A stretch of DNA of 64,000 nt from an uncultured Gammaproteobacteria bacterium (GCA_964411255.1 CAYPKD010000005.1:109631-173630), one strand, 5' to 3'; counted from the stretch's first letter, positions 1 through 9,660 are shown. A program made the numbers and translations. The notes: a model not told the origin generated them from the letters alone.

Positions 1-6
1 ATTGTC

Positions 7-37
7 CCTGTAGATTCATTTCTGCAGGTTTTTTTTT
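7..37 (+). terminator. Intrinsic terminator-like hairpin (cctgtag/ctgcagg) followed by a T9 run at the window edge
   Basis: Stem cctgtag...ctgcagg followed by ttttttttt, directly read from sequence. Confidence 0.45.
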
Positions 38-48
38 CAAAAAAATTC

Positions 49-738
49 TTAATCAGCATATTGGCGCAGTGATTCTTTAAAAGCAACATATGCATCTTTA
101 TGTTTTTCATATGCTGCACTATCTTGATATTTAATACCGAATACATAGTGCAAATCACTTCCGGTTCCAACCTGTTCTTTGATAGATATAAATGAACGAT
201 AGTATGAGCTGTCTTTTGCTTTTAAAGTAACCCAGCGGACTACTTTGTCACCGTATTGGTCTGTAAGTTCATTTTCTTTTTTTTCTTCTATTTTTTCACT
301 TACTAATTCTTCTGTTGGGGCAATGATTAAATAATTTTTCGGATCTCCTCTCCAAAGCGGTGAATAAATAAAAAATTCAACAGTTCCATCAGGAGAAATA
401 AAGTATGCTTCATCCGTTTGCACATATGTGTTCCCTTTATACTCAGTGGTGGGAGCGTTTGGTTTTGCAGTGAAGTTTTGGGGATATTCAATATCAAACC
501 ATGAACCTCTATAGAGTGTGACTTCAATTTGTGCAGGCTCAGCTTTTGGTGTGGTTTTGCTTTCTGAAGCTGTTTGAGTTTGAGGCTTTTCGACTTTTTG
601 ACTTTCAGGAACTGTTTGAGTTTGAAGTTCTTCGACAGCAGGTGGTAAGGAAGTGATCTGATCTTGTGTTTGGATTTGGCATCCTGTTCCGAGTATAAAA
701 AATACAGAGAGTGATGCCAGTAAAGGTAGTTTATTCAT
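49..738 (-). CDS. Hypothetical lipoprotein
   Basis: ORF with N-terminal signal peptide and lipobox-like LGTGC; Thr/Gln/Pro-rich linker; no recognisable catalytic motif. Confidence 0.5.
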   Translation of the reverse strand: MNKLPLLASLSVFFILGTGCQIQTQDQITSLPPAVEELQTQTVPESQKVEKPQTQTASESKTTPKAEPAQIEVTLYRGSWFDIEYPQNFTAKPNAPTTEYKGNTYVQTDEAYFISPDGTVEFFIYSPLWRGDPKNYLIIAPTEELVSEKIEEKKENELTDQYGDKVVRWVTLKAKDSSYYRSFISIKEQVGTGSDLHYVFGIKYQDSAAYEKHKDAYVAFKESLRQYAD

Positions 739-864
739 AGTTTTTTAGTAATATAATAAATTTTTTTTTCGTACAACGTTTGCGAGTATTTGATGTACGA
801 ATGAAGTGAGGATATGGGCGCAGGTTTCGTAAGAAACCGCAGCCAGAATGCTGTTTCCAAAAAA

Positions 865-1479
865 TTATACCACAAAAACAAGCTTATCATCTGAAATATC
901 ATCTGAAATATGACAGTCTGGGAATGCAGTTATTGTATAAAATGGGAGTTGTTTTGTTTCAACAATTTGAACAGAAATTGTTTTTGTAAAAGATGTTTCT
1001 ATTCCTGATATAGTATTTACAACAACATCATTTTCTCCGACGCACTTACTTCGGAAAACGCGCTTGATTCGTGCTTTATCTTTTTCGGAAATGTTATCTA
1101 TGAGTAAGCAATTCATTTGGCCAACAGAAAATACGTATTCAAATGTAAATGTCGTAGTTTTATATCCCGTATTGTCAACCCAATGAATTTTGTTATCCAA
1201 TATTAACTCTTGAAACTTAGATTTGATTATTTCCAGAAGCTTTTTAGGATTTTCAATACCAGCGATATTTTTTTCAAATTTAGTGCTAATTGTTTTTAAA
1301 GCATTTTCAATATCAACTTTCGAAATCTTTGAATAAAAAAATCTCTTTTGAGTAAAGTCATAGTACCAGTATGGCTGATTGATTAAAGTTTCTTTATATT
1401 GATTCTCTACAAATTTGAAGTGCCTCAAAATATGAAATTCATTTGTTGGATTGATTTCGTATTTTTTCAGCTTATTCAT
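865..1479 (-). CDS. Hypothetical protein
   Basis: 204-aa ORF preceded, on the minus strand, by a consensus promoter (TTGACC-17-TAAAAT). Confidence 0.45.
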   Translation of the reverse strand: MNKLKKYEINPTNEFHILRHFKFVENQYKETLINQPYWYYDFTQKRFFYSKISKVDIENALKTISTKFEKNIAGIENPKKLLEIIKSKFQELILDNKIHWVDNTGYKTTTFTFEYVFSVGQMNCLLIDNISEKDKARIKRVFRSKCVGENDVVVNTISGIETSFTKTISVQIVETKQLPFYTITAFPDCHISDDISDDKLVFVV

Positions 1480-1573
1480 ATTTAAGTTTATTGATATTTA
1501 TAAAATAAGAGTAATTTTTTGGAAATTGCGAATAACTGATTTCTATGCAAAATATTTTGATTTTGCAATGCAA

Positions 1574-1602
1574 TTTTATCAAAATAAAATCTTGCGGTCA
1601 AA
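1574..1602 (-). promoter_or_regulatory. Sigma70-type promoter on minus strand (TTGACC, 17-nt spacer, extended -10 TGaTAAAAT)
   Basis: Reverse complement of 1572-1602 reads TTGACCgcaagattttatttTGaTAAAAT; a near-identical module recurs at 2299-2327. Confidence 0.55.
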
Positions 1603-1633
1603 AAAAAGAGGCTTGGCGCCTCTAATTTTTTTA
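1601..1633 (-). terminator. Intrinsic terminator (stem agaggc/gcctct, T8 run on minus strand) downstream of ORF 1650..1973
   Basis: Hairpin agaggc-ttggc-gcctct followed by tttttttt on the minus strand; overlaps the -35 of the adjacent promoter. Confidence 0.6.
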
Positions 1634-1649
1634 AATAAATTAAGATTTA

Positions 1650-1973
1650 TTAAAAATCTATTTCCTCCATTTTTTCCCCGTATAAAACAAAGTATAGTTC
1701 TTTGATTTCATCAGAAGTCCATCCTTCATAATGACCGCCTCCGCATGGATCATTAGGATCTTTAGCCAGATGAAAAAAATCGTTTTCTAAATCACCAAGA
1801 TGGCGCATGGCATAATTTCCTAGTTGGTTCATTTTGGGGATAAATCGTGATTCCACCCTTTCTTTAACTTTTTCACTAGCTGTTTGAGCACGTTGATGAA
1901 TGGCTTTGACCAACTCGCTTTCTTTTTGCTCTGGCGCCTGAGCGGATGCAGGCATTGTTTTTTCAGAATTCAT
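1650..1973 (-). CDS. Hypothetical protein (107 aa)
   Basis: ORF followed by terminator; no family recognised. Confidence 0.4.
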   Translation of the reverse strand: MNSEKTMPASAQAPEQKESELVKAIHQRAQTASEKVKERVESRFIPKMNQLGNYAMRHLGDLENDFFHLAKDPNDPCGGGHYEGWTSDEIKELYFVLYGEKMEEIDF

Positions 1974-2002
1974 AAAGATTTTTGTTTATAATTATAGTTA
2001 AG

Positions 2003-2278
2003 TTATTTTTCGAAAAGTGAAGTTATAATGTGTGGAAATGGTGTTACTCCCTTAAAACACACATGCTTTTTCGAGTAATCTTCGCTGCAAATAGTGCCTT
2101 CCAGTTGCACGGAAAATAGAAGGAAGATTACCAAAAATATCCAGAACAGCACTGTTCGCCATTTTGAAGTAACTCTTTTTCGCATTAAAAATAATATAAG
2201 CGCTAATAATCCAAAAAAGACTCCAAATAAAACAATTGTAATGCCTTTTTGTTCCGGGTAGACTGCTGGAAAAATCAT
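2003..2278 (-). CDS. Small hypothetical membrane protein (two predicted TM helices)
   Basis: 91-aa ORF with two hydrophobic segments; the promoter module 2299-2327 lies immediately upstream, giving a very short leader. Confidence 0.35.
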   Translation of the reverse strand: MIFPAVYPEQKGITIVLFGVFFGLLALILFLMRKRVTSKWRTVLFWIFLVIFLLFSVQLEGTICSEDYSKKHVCFKGVTPFPHIITSLFEK

Positions 2279-2298
2279 ATTTTTAATTTATTATTTTA

Positions 2299-2327
2299 AT
2301 TTTATCAAAATAAAAATTTAAGGTCAA
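2299..2327 (-). promoter_or_regulatory. Second copy of the sigma70 promoter module (TTGACC-17-TAAAAT) on the minus strand
   Basis: Reverse complement reads TTGACCttaaatttttattttgaTAAAAT; shares about 40 nt with 1568-1612. Confidence 0.5.
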
Positions 2328-2382
2328 AAAAACGAGGCCAGGCCCCGCTTTAAGTTGAAAGTTATAAGTTGATAGTTGAAAG

Positions 2383-4635
2383 TTATTCTTTTTCATCTTT
2401 TTTTTCTTTTTCCGCCTTACCAGTATAAGTACACTCTTTATTTGAACATCTGACCGTTCCTTTTGGCCCCAGCACTAGCTGTGATTCACAGTCTGGGCAT
2501 TTTTTATTAACTGGCTTTGACCAAAAGACCTGTTTGCAGTCTGGATAGCTCGAGCAGCCATAAAAAGTCCTGCCTTTTTTAGATTTTCTTTCTATAATGT
2601 CGCCCTTTTTACAGTCTGGACATTTTACCCCGGTCTTTATTAATATTGACTTAATAGTTTTGCATTCAGGATATTTGCTGCAGCCTAAAAATTTTCCATA
2701 CCGGCCGTGCTTGACCTGCATTGGCGCGCCGCATTTTTCACATTTTTCTTTTGTTAATTCCGGTTCTTCAGTTTCAATCTTCCCATCTTTGCCATCAGTC
2801 GAAACAATATTTTTTGTGTTTTTACAATCAGGATAATTTGAACAGGCAAGGAATTTTCCAAATCTTCCCAGTTTAATCACCATTGGCGATTTGCATTTTT
2901 CGCAAATCTCTTCTGTCTTTTCTTCAGTAAGATCCTTCTTTTGAATTTCTTTTTCTTTTTTTTCTAAATTCTTTTTAAATGGCGTATAAAAATCATCAAT
3001 AAGCGGCTGCCATTTCATTTTGCCTTCGGCAATTTTATCTAAGTCTTCCTCCATATGGGCGGTGAAATCATAATCAACAATTTTTGGGAAATGTTCTACT
3101 AAAAGATCATTGACCAAAAAGGCGATGTCTGTTGGTTTTAATTTTTTTTCTTCTTTGTCCACGTAATTTCTATCCTGTATGGTAGAAATTGTTGGTGCAT
3201 AAGTTGAAGGCCGGCCAATACCGCGCTCTTCTAAAGCTTTAACCAATGTTGCTTCACTATATCTGGCTGGCGGCTGGGTGAAATGCTGGATTGGCTCAAT
3301 CTTTTTTGCATCTACTTTATCTTTTTCTTTTAGCTCTGGTAGAATTGTTTCTTTCGTATCAGTTGAATAAACTTTTTGCCAGCCTAAAAATTTAATTTGT
3401 ACGCCATTAGCCCGGAAAGAATATTTATTTTTTTCATCTTCAATGTCCACTGCTGTCTGGTTCAGTTTGACATCTGACATTTGACTGGCTAAAGAGCGTT
3501 CCCAAATTAATTTATAAAGTTTATATTGATTGTTATTTAAAAATGATTTAATTGATTCTGGAGTTCTGTCAGCCTGAGTAGGACGGATAGCTTCATGAGC
3601 TTCTTGGGCGCCTTTTGTTTTTTTATATATCTTGTCTTGTAGCCCAAGATATTCTTTTCCATATTCTTTTTCAATAAAGTTTTTGGCTCCGCTTTTAAAT
3701 TCTTTTGATAAATTTAAAGAGTCAGTTCTCATGTAAGTAATTAAACCAGTAGATCCTTCTGATCCCAATTCAATACCTTCATAAAGCTGCTGAGCAAGCA
3801 TCATGGTTTGTTTGGCTGAAAAATATAATTTTCTGTTTGATTCTTGCTGCAGAGTTGATGTTTTAAATGGAGTAGGGGCTTTCTTTGATGATTCCTTAAG
3901 TTCTACTTTTGCTATTTTATAATTTTGTTTTTGAAGAGTATCTAAAAGTTTGTTTGCCTGTTTTTCATCTTTGATCTCAAGTTTTTTCAAAGTCTTTTGA
4001 TCGATTTTATGCAACTTAGCCTCAAATTCATTTTTTTCTTTTCCAAAGACAGCTTCAATTGTCCAATATTCATCCTGTTTAAAAGCTTTAATCTCCCGTT
4101 CGCGTTCAACAATTAATCTAACCGCTACCGATTGTACCCGGCCAGCTGATAAGCCTCTGGCCACTTTTTTCCAAAGAAAAGGAGACATTTCATAACCTAC
4201 TAATCTGTCTAAAATTCTTCTTGCCTGCTGAGCATCAACTAAACTAAGATCAATTTCTCTCGGACTTTTTATAGCATTTTCAATTGCTGCTTTGGTAATT
4301 TCATGAAAGGTAATTCTTTTTGACTTTTCTTTTTTAGGTTTTAAAATGTGTTCCAAATGCCAGGCAATGGCTTCGCCTTCACGATCTTCATCAGTTGCGA
4401 AATAGATGACATCTGATTTTTTTGCAGCATCTTTCAGCGCAGTTACGGTTTTTTTAGCCTTTGGCGGAATAACATATTTGGGCTCATAATTTTTCTCAGT
4501 GTCAACTCCCATTTTAGTTTTGGGTAGATCACGGATATGACCAAAAGACGACTGAATGTTATATTCAGCTTTTGGCAAAAATTTTGATATAGTTTTTGCT
4601 TTTGTCGGTGACTCGACTATTACTAAATTTTTCAT
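2383..4635 (-). CDS. topA: DNA topoisomerase I
   Basis: N-terminal TOPRIM (MKNLVIVESPTKAKTI...FATDEDREGE), topoisomerase IA core (catalytic Tyr region ITYMRTDS), multiple C-terminal C4 zinc ribbons (CxxC...CxxC repeated). Confidence 0.95.
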   Translation of the reverse strand: MKNLVIVESPTKAKTISKFLPKAEYNIQSSFGHIRDLPKTKMGVDTEKNYEPKYVIPPKAKKTVTALKDAAKKSDVIYFATDEDREGEAIAWHLEHILKPKKEKSKRITFHEITKAAIENAIKSPREIDLSLVDAQQARRILDRLVGYEMSPFLWKKVARGLSAGRVQSVAVRLIVEREREIKAFKQDEYWTIEAVFGKEKNEFEAKLHKIDQKTLKKLEIKDEKQANKLLDTLQKQNYKIAKVELKESSKKAPTPFKTSTLQQESNRKLYFSAKQTMMLAQQLYEGIELGSEGSTGLITYMRTDSLNLSKEFKSGAKNFIEKEYGKEYLGLQDKIYKKTKGAQEAHEAIRPTQADRTPESIKSFLNNNQYKLYKLIWERSLASQMSDVKLNQTAVDIEDEKNKYSFRANGVQIKFLGWQKVYSTDTKETILPELKEKDKVDAKKIEPIQHFTQPPARYSEATLVKALEERGIGRPSTYAPTISTIQDRNYVDKEEKKLKPTDIAFLVNDLLVEHFPKIVDYDFTAHMEEDLDKIAEGKMKWQPLIDDFYTPFKKNLEKKEKEIQKKDLTEEKTEEICEKCKSPMVIKLGRFGKFLACSNYPDCKNTKNIVSTDGKDGKIETEEPELTKEKCEKCGAPMQVKHGRYGKFLGCSKYPECKTIKSILIKTGVKCPDCKKGDIIERKSKKGRTFYGCSSYPDCKQVFWSKPVNKKCPDCESQLVLGPKGTVRCSNKECTYTGKAEKEKKDEKE

Positions 4636-4743
4636 AAAATTATGGTTGAAAGTTGTAAGTTGGAGGTTTATTTCATTAGTAAACTTTAATCTTACAACAT
4701 TAATCTGTCAACTTGTTACAAATACTGACATTAATTTAAAAAC

Positions 4744-4760
4744 TTGTCAAATTTTGACAA
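4744..4760. promoter_or_regulatory. Perfect 17-bp palindrome TTGTCAAatTTTGACAA in the topA / 4987-ORF intergenic region (candidate operator)
   Basis: Inverted repeat read directly; related half-sites (ctgtcaacttgttacaa) lie 30 bp upstream. Confidence 0.4.
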
Positions 4761-4986
4761 TGTTGATAAATGGGCTACGAATCTATCAATATTCTACAAA
4801 ATTTACGAAAATAAAGTTTTGATAGATACGAATCAAATACAAATTCTATACTATATTTGTATTGTAAAAGTTAGCTTTCGTAGGATTTGTAATATGATTC
4901 GTAGTTTTGTAGTTAATATTGAAAAATTTGAGAATAATGCTAAGCTTTTATCAGAATCCCAGAACAGAAACAGGAGGTGAATGATA

Positions 4987-5757
4987 ATGGGTGAATTAAA
5001 TCCAGAAAAATTTTGGGAAGCTCTTTTCCAATCTGGCCAGGCCCCAGGCGATATATGTGCTATGATTCAAAGTTCAGGATATGACTTGAAATTTATTCGT
5101 GCATTGAAAAAATTCCATATTACGTTTCATCGATTGCGAATAATAAAAAAATTTGTACCCAGGTTTGTAGAATCGGTTGAGAAAAAGTTTTTTGAACAGG
5201 AATTTTCTAATGATCAATTACGATTTATTGCTGAAAACTATCCTGAGTTCAGATATACGGCTTTGCATAGACTTTCAGAACAAAATCCTTCAAAACAAGA
5301 TATGAAATGTCTTTTGCATTACCGGGAGTTTTATAAACTTGATCAAATGGTTGAAAATGTCTTAAAAAATAATCCGACAACTTCAGTTCTTTGTGATATA
5401 TTTATGTATTATCATGAAGCACAGGATAAAATATGGGAAATGTTTAAAGAACGGGGTTTGAATAAATCTATCTTATGTATTGTTATTGCAACATCATTAA
5501 ATAAAGAAATTTTAAGGGAAGCCTTGCAATTATTGTTAGAGGCAGGAATGACTAAAAGGGATTTGTATTTAATGTCGCAATTTAAACTGCTGAGTGCATT
5601 TGAAATAATTAAATTGTTAGTTGAAATGGGATATGAAGAAGAAGATTTTGTAAGAATGTTTGGTCCATTAAGAGAAAGAAAGCCTTATTTAACAGCGATA
5701 AGAGAAGATCCAAAAAATTGGGAATATTATTTATTTATGGAGGTCATAGGAAGCTAA
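4987..5757 (+). CDS. Hypothetical cytoplasmic protein
   Basis: ORF preceded by strong SD AGGAGGTGA; ATG at 4987 has better spacing than the ORF-track start at 4981; no family recognised. Confidence 0.5.
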   Translation: MGELNPEKFWEALFQSGQAPGDICAMIQSSGYDLKFIRALKKFHITFHRLRIIKKFVPRFVESVEKKFFEQEFSNDQLRFIAENYPEFRYTALHRLSEQNPSKQDMKCLLHYREFYKLDQMVENVLKNNPTTSVLCDIFMYYHEAQDKIWEMFKERGLNKSILCIVIATSLNKEILREALQLLLEAGMTKRDLYLMSQFKLLSAFEIIKLLVEMGYEEEDFVRMFGPLRERKPYLTAIREDPKNWEYYLFMEVIGS

Positions 5758-5794
5758 TAGTTTATAATTTGCGGCAATAACAATTGCCGCTTTT

Positions 5795-7078
5795 TTAATT
5801 AAAACTTTTCCTTGATTTAAGAATCTGCTCTTCAGAAATCCAGTGTTTTCTGAGTTCACCGCAAAGGTATGTTGAGCCGGTGATTATAAGTGTTTGGCTT
5901 GATTTTAGATTTTGTTTGGCTTTATAAAATGCCTGCCATGGATCTAAAAAAGTTTGGCATTTTACTTTTGGCCAATGCTTTTTTATTATTGAAGAAATTT
6001 TTCTTGGATCAGTGGAATTTCTTTGCTCAATTAAAAAGCGTGTTGCATAAACCTGAGCGTTGAAATTGTCTAATAATGGTTTAAGACATGCTTTGATATC
6101 TTTTGGTGCAGAGAGGGCAAAAATAATATGGAGTTTACCCTCGGGGAAGCAGAGCCTCCCCTCGATACTGGAGTTTTTCAGTTTTTTAGTTAAGTATTTT
6201 AGTTTATCAGGATTGTGTGCTGAGTCTAAAATTATTAAAGGTTTTTTTTGAACAATTTCAAAGTGACAGGGCAGTTTAGCTGTTTGAATTCCTTTTTCAA
6301 TGTATTGATCTTTTATTTTTAAATGTTTGGCAATAGTTGCTGCAAGTTCCTGGTTTGGATTATTTTTGAAGTTAACTTTTATTAGATTAGATTTTGTTTT
6401 TTTTGTTTCGTTTTGAAATATTTTTAATAGTTGTTTTTTTCTCTCAGTGGTAAAACAAATGTTTTTATGAATAATGCCAGCCTTTTCATATGCAATATCT
6501 TTTTGAGTCGGGCCGATTATGTGCAAATGATCTTTTCCAATATTGGTAATGGCTGCAAGGTCGATTCTGCTTAAAGCGTTGGCAGCGTCATAGCGTCCGC
6601 CGCAGCCGACCTCAATTATTATGTAATCGCATTTTTTTTGTTTAAAATAAAGCAAAGCAATTAATAAAAAATTTTCAAAATATGATGGCGCATCAAGTTG
6701 CTGATAACATTTTTCAATGATTGGTTTTGCTTTTTCAACAGTTTGAACAAATTCATTTGGACTTATATATAATTCATTGACTTTGATACGCTCAATCGCA
6801 GTTGTTGGATGTGGTGAAAAGTAAGTGCCCACTTTTTTCCCAGCCTGAGAAAGGATTTGATGCAGAATATTGCAGGTTGTACCTTTACCACTGGTGCCTG
6901 TGACCACAATAATTTTTTTTGCAAACTTTTCCGGATTTCCTGCCAGTTTTAATAAAAGTTTTGCTCTTTGTAAATAGTGTTTTGGATTTTTGGCCCCAGT
7001 AATAGAAGCATCCTGGCGGATGTTGGCCAGGGAAGACAGATATTCAAAGGTTTGGTTGTAATTACCGTATGGATTCAT
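5795..7078 (-). CDS. folC: Folylpolyglutamate synthase / Mur-ligase family protein (FolC-like)
   Basis: P-loop VVTGTSGKGTT, YFSPH, EVGCGGRYDA and TNIGKDHL motifs typical of FolC/Mur ligases. Confidence 0.8.
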   Translation of the reverse strand: MNPYGNYNQTFEYLSSLANIRQDASITGAKNPKHYLQRAKLLLKLAGNPEKFAKKIIVVTGTSGKGTTCNILHQILSQAGKKVGTYFSPHPTTAIERIKVNELYISPNEFVQTVEKAKPIIEKCYQQLDAPSYFENFLLIALLYFKQKKCDYIIIEVGCGGRYDAANALSRIDLAAITNIGKDHLHIIGPTQKDIAYEKAGIIHKNICFTTERKKQLLKIFQNETKKTKSNLIKVNFKNNPNQELAATIAKHLKIKDQYIEKGIQTAKLPCHFEIVQKKPLIILDSAHNPDKLKYLTKKLKNSSIEGRLCFPEGKLHIIFALSAPKDIKACLKPLLDNFNAQVYATRFLIEQRNSTDPRKISSIIKKHWPKVKCQTFLDPWQAFYKAKQNLKSSQTLIITGSTYLCGELRKHWISEEQILKSRKSFN

Positions 7079-7114
7079 TTATTTAATGGTCATTAGGAAT
7101 ACAAATGACTAAAG

Positions 7115-8209
7115 CTAACTTTTTACGTAATTTTGGTTTCCTAGATTCTTAATCATGCCCTTCATCTCCATTATAATCAGATTTGAATTAATTTCAGAAG
7201 GGGATAAATTTGTCAGCTTTACGATTTTATCAATATGTTTTGGATCAGAATTTAAAATTTCAATGATTTTTTTCTCAATAGGAGAAGACGGTAGTACCTT
7301 TTTATTTTCAGAATATTCTTCAATTTTTTCAATATTTAATTCTTCGAAAATATCCTCGACTGTACAGACAGGTTTTGCACCCTGCTTGATTAAATTATTT
7401 GTACCCTTGCTGGTTTCTACCTGAATTGGTCCTGGAATGGCAAATACTTCTCGGTTCTGCTCCAATGCGTACTTGGCAGTGATTAAGGCGCCTGAGCTTT
7501 CTCCAGCTTCAATCACTAATGTGCCAAGGCTTAAGCCAGAAATAATTCTGTTTCGAGTAGGGAAGTGATGTTTCATTGGAATTGTATTGATGGGATATTC
7601 AGAAATTAAAAGTCCTTCCTGATCCAATATTTTATCAGCCAAATATCTGTTTGAGGTAGGATAAATATTTGCTTTGTCCAGACTTGATCCTAGGACAGCA
7701 ATGGTTTTGCCATTATAGTTTAAGGCATTAGAATGGGCCAGAGTATCTATTCCCAAAGCAAGGCCGCTAACTATTGTTAAATTGTGTTTGACTAAAGGTT
7801 TGATGATTTCAGGTAGAACCTGTTTACCATAATTAGAATATTTGCGGGTGCCGACCACGGCAATTGAATTTGACCTGAGTAAATCAATATTGCCACGGTA
7901 GAAAAGTATTGCCGGTGAATTAAAGGATTGATTTAGAATCTCCGGATAGTTTTTATCTTGATAAACTAAAATATTCAGCTTTTCTTTTTGAAAAAGTTCT
8001 AATTCTTTGTCTGGTGAAATTGATTTGCGTTTAATATCAAACTCTTCTGCGATTTTTTGATCCAGGCCAGCCTCAATCAATTCTGAAATGTGCGCATTGA
8101 ATGCTTCTTTTGAAGTAGGGAAGTAATTTAAAAGTTTTTTAAGCCTGGTAGCCCCGATTTTTGGATATCTGAGAATTGCTAATAGGTATTTGAGCTCATT
8201 TGTTTGCAT
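7115..8209 (-). CDS. dprA: DNA processing protein DprA (Smf)
   Basis: Rossmann-like DprA core (AVVGTRKYS...IVSGLALGIDTLAHSNAL...VLGSSLD) plus C-terminal winged-helix-like tail. Confidence 0.9.
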   Translation of the reverse strand: MQTNELKYLLAILRYPKIGATRLKKLLNYFPTSKEAFNAHISELIEAGLDQKIAEEFDIKRKSISPDKELELFQKEKLNILVYQDKNYPEILNQSFNSPAILFYRGNIDLLRSNSIAVVGTRKYSNYGKQVLPEIIKPLVKHNLTIVSGLALGIDTLAHSNALNYNGKTIAVLGSSLDKANIYPTSNRYLADKILDQEGLLISEYPINTIPMKHHFPTRNRIISGLSLGTLVIEAGESSGALITAKYALEQNREVFAIPGPIQVETSKGTNNLIKQGAKPVCTVEDIFEELNIEKIEEYSENKKVLPSSPIEKKIIEILNSDPKHIDKIVKLTNLSPSEINSNLIIMEMKGMIKNLGNQNYVKS

Positions 8210-8320
8210 ATTATATTAAGATATCATATATAAAAGTTAAAAGTCAAAAAGCAAAAGGTAGAAATTTGGAGTCCCTGACGGGACGTTTATATATATTTCA
8301 GAAAAGTTAAAAGTAAATAT

Positions 8321-8470
8321 TTGCCTAAAGAAAAGAAATGATTTAAAATATAGATAGATATAGTTCATCATCCATACAGTACTCAACTGTCTGGAAATGC
8401 CTGCTCTTTCCCTGCCCCCATCCCCGTCATGCGCCCATTAGATAATCTCTAGTGGGCGTCCCTTTTTTTA
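8321..8470 (+). ncRNA. Candidate small RNA A (promoter TTGCCT-17-TAAAAT; C-rich body; intrinsic terminator at 8431-8470)
   Basis: Promoter at 8321-8349; hairpin cgccca/tgggcg followed by a T7 run; no ORF; higher local GC than the flanks. Confidence 0.3.
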
Positions 8471-8542
8471 AGTAAAAAGCAAAATTAAAAAGTAAAAATA
8501 TAGAGTCCCAAATGGGACATTTATTTATAAAATGTGTACTAT

Positions 8543-8823
8543 TGACAAGGCTTTGTTATTGTGATATAATATAATTGCTTGGTTCCAAAGACGCTCTGGT
8601 TGTAAAAGCCGAGCAAAAAGGTTTAAACCCAGTTTCTCAGACCCATTTCCGCAAGGAGGTGATGCCATGATTGTGTCTACTTCGTTCGCATCGTGACCGA
8701 GTGCCAGGTACTGGACCTCAGCATGTGCTTATTCAAGCACAAGCAGATTCCTTCAAAAATCCTCAGTAAAAACCTACCATAAAAATAGACCTGTTAGTTC
8801 ATTGCTAGCAGGTCTTGTCTTTT
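8543..8823 (+). ncRNA. Candidate structured ncRNA 1 (about 245 nt), family not identified
   Basis: Consensus promoter TTGACA-16-TGaTATAAT (8543-8570). GC-rich body with multiple hairpins. Terminator agacctg...caggtct plus T-run at 8787-8823. A-rich UP-like element and a gagtccc/gggac hairpin lie upstream. Confidence 0.35.
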
Positions 8824-8992
8824 AAAAAAAGTAAAAAGCAAAATGCAAAAAGTAAAAATAAAGGAGGCTTTCCAAATATTTTGACTTTTTGAAATTTTCT
8901 GTATAAACTATATACGCTAAGAAAAATTGAAATAAAAAAACATCTAATTTTAGCTAAAAAAAAATACGGAAATTCAGAAAAGCCTGAAAATA

Positions 8993-9213
8993 TTGACAAA
9001 AAATTGTTTATGTGATATAATGGAATATTCTGGAGTATAAATTAGGGGGCTTATTTTAGGCAATATGCCCACAATTTTGCTTATCGGCCAGGTCAATGAA
9101 TGCAGCCCCTCCTCTGCAGTCTAGTGCCTGTGTTGGTAAGCAATATTGTGGATGGTATTGCCTCCACAGTTGAATCCCTAATGCCCTCTGGTATCTAGGG
9201 ATTCATTCTTTTT
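8993..9213 (+). ncRNA. Candidate structured ncRNA 2 (about 185 nt), family not identified (6S-like size; possible cis-leader of the downstream gene)
   Basis: Consensus promoter TTGACA-17-TGtgaTATAAT (8993-9021). GC-rich body includes a CCAGGTCA...GCAGCC segment and a CCCCUCCU loop. Terminator gaatcccta...tagggattc plus T-run at 9172-9213. Confidence 0.35.
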
Positions 9214-9258
9214 GGAAGTAATTCGATCTAATATATTTCAAGAACAAGGAGAGAGACG

Positions 9259-9654
9259 ATGAGATTTTTTCTGCCAGCCTTGTTGACAGCTTTGAGCTGT
9301 CTGGCAGGTGCAGGATGCCATGTGCATTCAGCGCCATTGGTTCTCGAGGACCGGCCCGCAGTCTATGTGCGGCCGTACTATCGGCACGGGTATTACAATG
9401 ACAGGTATTATTACCGTCATTACCCTCGCTACCATCACACCACATATGTGCGGCCACATCGGACTGTTGTCCGATCAACGATCGTTCATCGACGACGACC
9501 AGTGGCGGTCGTGCATCGGCCGAGGACTGTAGTCCATCGAAAGGTGGTAGTCAAAAAGAACCGGCCGAGGCCGAAATATCACAAGCCTCGCCCAAGATCT
9601 GGCAAGCCTCGCGGCGTGACCTATCGGGGCAGAGGGCGTCGGACACGACGCTGA
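9259..9654 (+). CDS. Highly basic Arg/Tyr/His/Val-rich secreted (lipo)protein, GC-rich gene
   Basis: SD AAGGAGAGAG; signal peptide MRFFLPALLTALSCLAGAGC; repetitive YYRH/HRRRP composition; local GC well above the genome background. Confidence 0.5.
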   Translation: MRFFLPALLTALSCLAGAGCHVHSAPLVLEDRPAVYVRPYYRHGYYNDRYYYRHYPRYHHTTYVRPHRTVVRSTIVHRRRPVAVVHRPRTVVHRKVVVKKNRPRPKYHKPRPRSGKPRGVTYRGRGRRTRR

Positions 9655-9660
9655 AAAAAA

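Noticed and set aside
1451-1705. 84-aa plus-strand ORF across the 1480-1650 intergenic region
   Set aside because: It overlaps the minus-strand promoter and terminator module and the ends of two minus-strand genes. Its low-complexity Phe/Ile/Lys translation has no SD.
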